Made by a program: the position numbers and the translations under genes. Shown piece after piece: positions 7,550 through 14,099 of a stretch of DNA of 45,914 nucleotides (its first letter is position 1; each line of letters begins with the position of its first letter). The notes beneath the pieces were generated by a model. That model did no database searches, was not told the DNA's origin, and saw only the letters and a program-made list of their open reading frames with translations. This DNA comes from a virus. The stretch lies in the IMG/VR virus record IMGVR_UViG_3300045988_041103; one strand, written 5' to 3'.

Positions 7550-7738
7550 TTATACCTCTTTGGATGAACCGTCAGCTTTGATCACACCTTGTTCATCTTC
7601 AATTTCCTTCAAATGCTTCAAAAGCACGAATTCAATATAATTGGTTACAGAACGATGTTCACGGGTAGCAAGTACACCGATTTTATCAAAGACTTCATCC
7701 GAAAGGCGTAAAGTAAAAACTTTCTTATTGGTTGCCAT
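7550..7738 (-). CDS. Ribbon-helix-helix (Arc/CopG-like) DNA-binding protein inside the DGR cassette
   Basis: KKVFTLRLSDEVFDKIGVLATREHRSVTNYIEFVLLKHL fits the beta-strand/helix/helix RHH pattern. 62 aa. Confidence 0.7.
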   Translation of the reverse strand: MATNKKVFTLRLSDEVFDKIGVLATREHRSVTNYIEFVLLKHLKEIEDEQGVIKADGSSKEV

Positions 7739-7909
7739 ACAATACCCCCTTGAAACCGGTCTTATAGATATTGTATGGCGGAAGTTGCGTTTTGTATGCC
7801 TTCACTTACCTGTCAAATGATAGCACTTTGAAGAAAAGTCGATTTTTCAAAATTTCGTCGGGCGGCTTACGCCGCCATTCTTATTTTTCTTTGGGGGTCC
7901 CTCCCGGAA

Positions 7910-7929
7910 CCGCCCCCTTCCGGGGGCGG
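7910..7929 (-). promoter_or_regulatory. GC hairpin 3' of VR (DGR target-recognition hairpin candidate)
   Basis: 8-bp stem CCGCCCCC (7910-7917) pairs with GGGGGCGG (7922-7929). The 4-nt loop reads GGAA on the coding strand. It lies 37 nt beyond the last VR/TR-homologous base. Confidence 0.7.
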
Positions 7930-7957
7930 GATAAGGCCGGGATCATCCTGCGGGGGA

Positions 7958-9844
7958 TTAGGCGGCAAAGCCGGGCCGCAACCCACCAGAACCATAAGCA
8001 TCGCTAATGCTGTAGGTGCCATCAGTCCAGACAAAAACGAAAGAGTTGTTGCTACCGTAATAAGGGGAGCGGAGCCACCACCAAAACCCCCCCCTCCCCC
8101 GCCCCCCCCCCCAACCCGCCGTATTCACGGCGGTATGATTATTGGCAACCTTACTGTTACCAGCCTTATAATAAGCATACTGCTGTTGGCTGTTCTGCTC
8201 ATATTGGTTGGCGTAGTTTCTTACTCCAAACACTTCAAATTCGGCCAGATCAAACAGGTAATCCCTTGTGGCGGTAACATTGCCCGCACTATTGGAAGAA
8301 TTGCCCGTGTTATCAGTATATTTGGTTACAGGTTGCATCACGGCCCGAAGGTCAGCCGGAAGCGCCGCCATCAAGCTATTGCTGATTGGGCTGGTGGGGG
8401 TGCCAGTGTTTCCATACAAGGTTTTCCGTTTGGAACAGCCATTCCAGCCACCAGCATTGGTGTTGGAATCATTCATGTGGAAATAGCCAGCCCCGCTTAT
8501 ACTATTACCATACTTTGCATCACACAGCGCCACAGGGGTTGTTCCCATCTTTCCAATCTGGAAGTGAATCAGATTGTTGCCTTCCTTGGCGGCATTGTGA
8601 TTGAACCCGATGATGAAAACATTGATCTTCAAATTGCTAAAGGTGTGGTTGCCAACTTTACCATTGATGGTGATTTCTTTCATATCACCCACAGCCCAAT
8701 AGTTGGCACCCAAACCGGCGCTACTCACTTCCCGAATGGTGGCCCAATCATTATCAGAAAGGTTTTTGGTGGGCATGGTCACTTCAACCGAACAGGTTTT
8801 ATTTGCCGGGGCGTTGTGATTGGTGCCAGCGGCCACAGAAACCGTGATTGTAGCCTTTCCCTTGGCCTTGGCGGTAACTGTTACCGTGTTGCCCGAAACG
8901 CTCACAGAAGCCACGCCAGACGCATTAGAAGTGGCCGTAATAACACCGTCACCGGCTCTGGTAACTGTGATGGTGTCTGTTTTCTTGGCGGCGGTCAGCT
9001 TCATGGAAGTTTTATTCAAAGACAAACTTCCAGCGGCCTTCCCAATTCTCCAAACCACAGTTTTTGTACCGGTGCTTCCATCACTCCATTTGTAGTTTGC
9101 ACTGGGGGTAAAGGTGGCGTTATAGCTTCCCGCATTGGTGCCTGTGGTAGTTCCTCCAAGGGTCATTTTCCCGGTGTCATACCCCGACCAAGAAGGGCTT
9201 TGCGGGGAACCATTGAAGGTAAGGCTTCCGCTTTGGGTAGGTGCCGCCATAGAAGCCCGGTCAATCTTCCATGTAACCTGTTTTGCGGTCTTGGTGCCAT
9301 CACTCCATTGATATTTTTCCTTGGGGGTGAAGGTGGCCGTATAAGTCCCGGCATCGGTGCCGGTAGTCACTCCCCCAAGGGTCATGGCGTTAGGATCATA
9401 GCTGTTCCAAGAAGGGCTTTGGGCCTGTCCGTTATAGGTCAGAACACCGTTTTGAGTGGGAACCGCATTGATGGTGAAAGCGATCTTGGACACAGCTTCC
9501 AAGGCCGCATCTGCGGCATCTTGGGCATTCTGCGCCGCTGTCACACAGGTTTCAATCTGCCCCAACAAATAGGGGTGGGCTTTCTTGTTTCCATCGTGGG
9601 TGGTTACAACCTGTTCAGCGGTGCCCTTTGCTTCATAGTCCATAGTGGGAAGCTGTTCAGCGGGAACCTTCCCACCCACCAAATCAGCCTTGTTTTTCTG
9701 CCCATCCTGAAGGTCTTTGATACCATCGGCATTGGTTTTCATTTGGGCATCAATCTTGTCCATGTTGCCATTCTGAACTTCAACATCATAAAATTCAGAA
9801 GCAAGGGGTTTGGTCAGCCCATAGTTTGTGGTTTGATTGGGCAT
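7958..9844 (-). CDS. Tail fibre / receptor-binding protein, DGR target
   Basis: 628 aa. The N-terminus is phage fibre-like. It contains two tandem ~72-aa repeats, a Big_2-like segment (TITVTRAGDG...ATITVSVAAG), and a C-terminal domain ending in WWWLRSP...VWTDG...GGLRPGFAA that carries VR. Occupies the xkdV position. Confidence 0.9.
   Translation of the reverse strand: MPNQTTNYGLTKPLASEFYDVEVQNGNMDKIDAQMKTNADGIKDLQDGQKNKADLVGGKVPAEQLPTMDYEAKGTAEQVVTTHDGNKKAHPYLLGQIETCVTAAQNAQDAADAALEAVSKIAFTINAVPTQNGVLTYNGQAQSPSWNSYDPNAMTLGGVTTGTDAGTYTATFTPKEKYQWSDGTKTAKQVTWKIDRASMAAPTQSGSLTFNGSPQSPSWSGYDTGKMTLGGTTTGTNAGSYNATFTPSANYKWSDGSTGTKTVVWRIGKAAGSLSLNKTSMKLTAAKKTDTITVTRAGDGVITATSNASGVASVSVSGNTVTVTAKAKGKATITVSVAAGTNHNAPANKTCSVEVTMPTKNLSDNDWATIREVSSAGLGANYWAVGDMKEITINGKVGNHTFSNLKINVFIIGFNHNAAKEGNNLIHFQIGKMGTTPVALCDAKYGNSISGAGYFHMNDSNTNAGGWNGCSKRKTLYGNTGTPTSPISNSLMAALPADLRAVMQPVTKYTDNTGNSSNSAGNVTATRDYLFDLAEFEVFGVRNYANQYEQNSQQQYAYYKAGNSKVANNHTAVNTAGWGGGRGRGGFWWWLRSPYYGSNNSFVFVWTDGTYSISDAYGSGGLRPGFAA
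7967..8085 (-). repeat. DGR variable repeat (VR), last 119 bp of the tail-fibre ORF
   Basis: There are 16 mismatches to TR, all at plus-strand T (coding-strand A) of TR. The A-free 3' stretch TCTGGTGGGTTGCGGCCCGG is identical in both copies. Confidence 0.92.
9029..9460 (-). repeat. Tandem duplication (2 x ~215 bp) encoding two Ig-like repeats of the fibre
   Basis: Residues 129-200 (PTQNGVLTYNGQAQSPSW...) and 202-272 (PTQSGSLTFNGSPQSPSW...) align at roughly half identity. Confidence 0.7.
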
Positions 9845-10386
9845 CAGTTAAGCACCTCGTTTCTTAATTGGTCATGGGTATGGGCGGCAAGCTGGGAGTG
9901 GGTAAAGCGTCCAAGTTCAGCGTGGGTGTTATAGAGCTGAAGAAGGGTTACAATCAGGTTTTGTGGAACCACTCTGTTCAGCAAGGATTCAACATCGGTG
10001 AAATTGTTTTTTGCCGCCAACCCAATTTTCACAATCAGGTGATAGGTTCCTTCTGCCACATCCGCTGAATAGTTCCCCGGCCCACAAAGGGTTTCAAGGA
10101 TATTCCGAAGTTGCGGAAGGGTGTAAGGAAGTTCTTCATTGATTCTGGTCAAAATACGGAACCGGCGATCTTCAAGGCTGTCAGTCCCCTTGGGCGTGAT
10201 CTCCAAAATCTTTTCCCATCGGGAAAGGCCCACATTTCCAGCGGTGGAAATGAACTGATTGTTCAAAAGATCATCAGCATTGTTCCACGCCTGATCAAAT
10301 TCAGGCTGTTCACTCTCCATGATCCCTTCATATTCCTTGAAATCTCGCATCGCATAGGGTAGGTAATCAATCAGTTTTCGTTCCAT
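9844..10386 (-). CDS. XkdU-like baseplate/tail protein (DUF2313-like)
   Basis: Position is after baseplate J. The N-terminus LIDYLPYAMRDFKEYEGIM... is typical of this family (recalled). Confidence 0.65.
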   Translation of the reverse strand: MERKLIDYLPYAMRDFKEYEGIMESEQPEFDQAWNNADDLLNNQFISTAGNVGLSRWEKILEITPKGTDSLEDRRFRILTRINEELPYTLPQLRNILETLCGPGNYSADVAEGTYHLIVKIGLAAKNNFTDVESLLNRVVPQNLIVTLLQLYNTHAELGRFTHSQLAAHTHDQLRNEVLN

Positions 10387-10399
10387 CAGTCACCACCCC

Positions 10400-11632
10400 T
10401 TATGCCTTAATTTCAATAGTGGTTGGTGCAAGGGAACCCAACACCGGGATATGGTCAAGGGCCAATGTATGATTGGCGGCTTTTTCATTGATCGTGGTGT
10501 TGGCAATATCCAAAATACCGGTGATACCCAACAGGCGGCTTTCAATTTGGCTGATACGAACCACAAGGGCTTCATCCTGATCCGCCCAACTTTGGGCCAG
10601 TTCCAAGAAGTACCCGTTAATTGCTTCCGTGACATACCCGGAAACATCTTCCCAAGACCATCCCCGTTGATAATACAGGGCAAAGCCCAAATCAACGGTT
10701 TCTTCCTGAACACCTTCCACCCTGACCACATGGCCGATGGGGGCAATTCCAACGCCTTCCCCGGCATTCTGAAGGGGGTCAACGGCGGTTTGAACCTGTT
10801 CTACCAGTGTGGGGGAAGGAACCGTGAAGGTGCTGTTGATCACCACCAGCTTCACAGTTCCGCCCACAGTGAACATATTGTTCTTGGCGGCGGCATAAAC
10901 GGTATCAAGCCAAAGTTTCACCGGTTCGGGAACCCCGGAAAGGCCCTCAATCCACGCTTCAGCTTCCTTGGGCGGGATCATGTTGGCCGGTTTCAAATCC
11001 CCATTCCAAGCCCGGTAAACCTTCACCCCACCAACGCCGGGAATGGCATTGACCTTTTCAATATAGTCAATCTGGTTTCCGCCGAAGGCTTGGGCATTCA
11101 AGCTGTTAAGGTATCTTTGTCTGAAAAGTTCGGTATCTTCTTCATCTTCACCGGGAACCAACACCGAAGTGATTTTACAGGTTTCAAGGCCATCCACATA
11201 TTCAATGGGGATCACCGTTCCGGTGTAGTTATTGCCAGCTTCACCAGCCGTTTCACAGGTCAATTCATAGTTGCCGCTTCCCCGATCCGCCGAAACATAA
11301 TAGTTCAATTCCCCAATGGAAAAGCGGGTGTTCAGCGGCAAGAACAAAGTAGTGGGTGTAATTGCCATTTGCAAAATGGCGGGGCTTGCCGGTTGCGGGG
11401 AAAGGCCCCGTTCCGCCGCTCTCAAAATCAAATAAGGGCGGGTGGCGGTATCGGCAAAGGTTTCATTCAGCACGGTATCAAGGGCAATATAAAGGTTCTG
11501 CAATTCCACAGCGGCGGGGGCATCCCCATACCACACCAACGAACCTTCACGGGTATCAAGGTTGCTGTTAATGGAAAGGGCCTTCTGAAGCATCCGTGCC
11601 AAGATAGATTCATAGGTTTGCGCTTCATACAT
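10400..11632 (-). CDS. Baseplate J-like protein (XkdT-like)
   Basis: 410 aa. N-terminus YESILARMLQ...REGSLVWYG... is typical of Baseplate_J. Synteny supports the call. Confidence 0.8.
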   Translation of the reverse strand: MYEAQTYESILARMLQKALSINSNLDTREGSLVWYGDAPAAVELQNLYIALDTVLNETFADTATRPYLILRAAERGLSPQPASPAILQMAITPTTLFLPLNTRFSIGELNYYVSADRGSGNYELTCETAGEAGNNYTGTVIPIEYVDGLETCKITSVLVPGEDEEDTELFRQRYLNSLNAQAFGGNQIDYIEKVNAIPGVGGVKVYRAWNGDLKPANMIPPKEAEAWIEGLSGVPEPVKLWLDTVYAAAKNNMFTVGGTVKLVVINSTFTVPSPTLVEQVQTAVDPLQNAGEGVGIAPIGHVVRVEGVQEETVDLGFALYYQRGWSWEDVSGYVTEAINGYFLELAQSWADQDEALVVRISQIESRLLGITGILDIANTTINEKAANHTLALDHIPVLGSLAPTTIEIKA

Positions 11633-12039
11633 CAGATTTCAACCCCCATTTCTGTGTTGATTTCACCAAAAATGCTGACCACCGTGAAGGTAGTCAGCAC
11701 TTGTTTTTTGTTCACTGTGAATTCAAAGTTTTCAACGGCGGTGATCCTATCATCCTGAAGCAAGGCTTCCCGGATTCGCCGTTCAATTTCTGGAATACAA
11801 TATTCCACATCTTTTCCGATCAGGTTATGAAGTTCAACCCCATAATCCCAAGAATGGATCAACCATTGATACCGTTCTGTATTCAAAATCAGATATACTG
11901 CCTGTTCCACCGCTTCAATTTCATCAATGGTTCCGATGATGGTCAAAGTGTTATGGTTCAGGCGGAAGGTTCTGCTGGGAAGGGTTTCAAATTCAAAATC
12001 CTGCCGCAAATCATCCCCGGTCTGTGGGATCATAGCCAT
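11632..12039 (-). CDS. Baseplate wedge protein, XkdS/gp25-like (DUF2634-like)
   Basis: ORF 11632..12123. The internal ATG 12039 (MAMIPQTGDD) gives a 10-nt overlap with the upstream gene. Synteny supports the call. Confidence 0.6.
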   Translation of the reverse strand: MAMIPQTGDDLRQDFEFETLPSRTFRLNHNTLTIIGTIDEIEAVEQAVYLILNTERYQWLIHSWDYGVELHNLIGKDVEYCIPEIERRIREALLQDDRITAVENFEFTVNKKQVLTTFTVVSIFGEINTEMGVEI

Positions 12040-12470
12040 TCCCCCTTCAGGGCCGGGTTCGCTTTGATACGATCCAGCACCACAAATTTTTTCCCCTTCT
12101 GCATCCGGGCCAGAACGACCCAATCCCCAACTACAAGGGCATTGTGAACCTTGAATTTCTTTCGGCCCTTGATGGGGTGGTTGTGGTCAACAGGGGTGGC
12201 CGAACCACCGCCGGTATAGGTGTCAACTACCGGGTGGCCGTGACTGATAACAACTGTCCGGTGGCTTACCGTCATATCAACTTCAAAATCCGTAACATTC
12301 CGGGTAAGCACCAACATTTTTTCAGTGTAAATGGCCTTTTGGTCAACCTGAATTTTCAAGGGGGAAGCTGAAATAACTTCACCAAACAACAGGTTCACAG
12401 GTTTTCCAGCTTCCACGGCTTCCACAGCCGCCTTTTTTACTACCTCCACAGCGTTAGGCAATAAATTCAC
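12030..12470 (-). CDS. XkdR-like baseplate/spike protein (DUF2577-like)
   Basis: 146 aa. Called on synteny and the NLLFGEVISASPLKIQVD pattern. Confidence 0.55.
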   Translation of the reverse strand: MNLLPNAVEVVKKAAVEAVEAGKPVNLLFGEVISASPLKIQVDQKAIYTEKMLVLTRNVTDFEVDMTVSHRTVVISHGHPVVDTYTGGGSATPVDHNHPIKGRKKFKVHNALVVGDWVVLARMQKGKKFVVLDRIKANPALKGEWL

Positions 12471-13413
12471 CCCCGATCAGGTCAAGTTCCATCCGGTGTT
12501 CATTATCCCGGAAAGTGTGGGTTACACGGTTCACAACCATAAAGTTGTTGGTGATAATATCCCCAAGGTTCAGGGCAACCACAACCGCATTTCCGGCCCT
12601 TACCCGAACATCTCCTAAAGTATTTTGAATGGTCAGGTGGCGGGTTTTTTGGTCATACAGCTTCAACAGGGCGTTGGCCTTGGCGGAAGCACCGGTTTTG
12701 GTCTGAACTTCTTCAAAATATTGAAGAACACCCCATTGGTTCATTTTCTCCCCGTCTTGGGCTATAAACAGTTCCCGCTTACCGGTTTTTTCATTGTTGA
12801 AGGCCAACTTGATTTTGTTATAGGTCTGTTCATCAATGCTGGATTCATAGCTGAAGTTTTCCCCGGTTTCTTCATCAATCAGAAGGTTCAGCTTCATGGA
12901 ATTGATGTTCTTCAGGGACAGCTTGCCCACATCATCATAGAGAACAAAAAGCTGTTTGGTGTTCATCAGGGTTTCATCAAGGGCATTCTGGATCATATCA
13001 AACAGCGTTTGGTTTTCCTCCACAATGGTTTCAATGGTGTATCCGGTATCTTCCACCGTCCCAAGGTTTAGGCGGAAGTCACCAGCCAGCCGCTTCAGCA
13101 AATCGGAAGCCTTCAGCCCTTCTTCTGTCAGGGTGTCTTTATTCTTCAGATACCGCAACTGATCATAGGCCACAACATCAATGGTTCCGCCCTTGTCCCG
13201 CTTTTTCTTGAAAACAAAGCCATAGAACATGGGGGTTCCGTCCACCGTCAGCTTCACCGGATCACCTTCTTGGAAGTTCAATCCGGGGGCTTTGACCACC
13301 GTAAATTCCAGCTTTCCGGGGGTGCCTTTTCTCTCCAAGGTCAGTTTTGCCCCTTCTTCAACAACCGGATATTGAATTGTGCTATTGTGTTGAATGAAAA
13401 GTTCAACTGCCAT
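12454..13413 (-). CDS. XkdQ-like baseplate hub / late control D-like protein
   Basis: 319 aa, lying between the LysM protein and the XkdR-like gene. Called on synteny. Confidence 0.6.
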   Translation of the reverse strand: MAVELFIQHNSTIQYPVVEEGAKLTLERKGTPGKLEFTVVKAPGLNFQEGDPVKLTVDGTPMFYGFVFKKKRDKGGTIDVVAYDQLRYLKNKDTLTEEGLKASDLLKRLAGDFRLNLGTVEDTGYTIETIVEENQTLFDMIQNALDETLMNTKQLFVLYDDVGKLSLKNINSMKLNLLIDEETGENFSYESSIDEQTYNKIKLAFNNEKTGKRELFIAQDGEKMNQWGVLQYFEEVQTKTGASAKANALLKLYDQKTRHLTIQNTLGDVRVRAGNAVVVALNLGDIITNNFMVVNRVTHTFRDNEHRMELDLIGGEFIA

Positions 13414-13427
13414 TCAGATCACCCCTT

Positions 13428-14099
13428 TCAGGAAGGCAAGGTAAGAACCTGATTGGGATAGATCAGATTGGGATTTTTGATCTTATCCTTGTTCAGATTA
13501 TAAATTTCGTTGTATCTGGAACCGTCCCCAAGATATTTCTTGGCGATATTCCAAAGGCAATCCCCACTTTTTACAGTGTAGGTGCTTTTTTTCGGGGCGG
13601 AAGGTGCCGGACGGGGGGCCGGTTGTACTGTTGCTTTCGGCTTTTCAGCCGGTGTGGGGGCCGGTTTCAATTTGACGGTTTTTGTGCCGTAAGCCCTATA
13701 TTGTTTCAGGCTCACTTTCACCTTCACATCAAATCCGGCTCCGGCATCATCAACCAGTTCATAATTTTCCATTCCAACCGTTAGGTTGGTATAGAAGAAC
13801 ATCCCACCCGCTGGGCGTTGCCGGTTCAAAATCCATTGAAACGGTTCTTTGCTGTTTTTCAACCGTTCAAACAGGGAAATGTAATAGCTTGCCGATTGTG
13901 CGCCCCCATTGGTAAAGGGGTAGGAAACTTGGGGAAGCAACAGTTCAAAAGAAACATCAGACAAAGCGGCGGCTTTCAGAATGTTGATTTCTTCCCCATT
14001 GATCAGCGTCATGGTTTTGTTCTGGTTATTGATCTTCACCGTTACCTTGGAAGGGGTGATGGGCATAAGCACACCATCCAAGTACATTTTGTATGCCAT
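13428..14099 (-). CDS. LysM-domain tail protein (XkdP-like)
   Basis: C-terminal LysM motif YTVKSGDCLWNIAKKYLGDGSRYNEIYNLN...NLIYPNQVLTLP. Confidence 0.8.
   Translation of the reverse strand: MAYKMYLDGVLMPITPSKVTVKINNQNKTMTLINGEEINILKAAALSDVSFELLLPQVSYPFTNGGAQSASYYISLFERLKNSKEPFQWILNRQRPAGGMFFYTNLTVGMENYELVDDAGAGFDVKVKVSLKQYRAYGTKTVKLKPAPTPAEKPKATVQPAPRPAPSAPKKSTYTVKSGDCLWNIAKKYLGDGSRYNEIYNLNKDKIKNPNLIYPNQVLTLPS

Larger units (their letters stand above)
5449..8085 (-). mobile_element. Diversity-generating retroelement cassette (VR, RHH, avd-like, TR, spacer, RT)
   Basis: See the component features. TR and VR are 119 bp each and differ only at TR adenines. Confidence 0.9.

Noticed and set aside
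7771-8007. 78-aa plus-strand ORF across the VR 3' flank
   Set aside because: It overlaps the fibre stop, the DGR hairpin and a terminator-like hairpin. It has no SD and an Arg/Gly-rich low-complexity product.
8135-9934. Long plus-strand ORFs antisense to minus-strand genes (8135..9934, 10451..11758, 17419..18843, 20747..21913, 27161..28336, 33626..34642, 37791..38828, among others)
   Set aside because: They are shadow ORFs opposite well-supported structural or replication genes. Their products are low-complexity G/R/P-rich and lack SD sites. They overlap the real genes completely.
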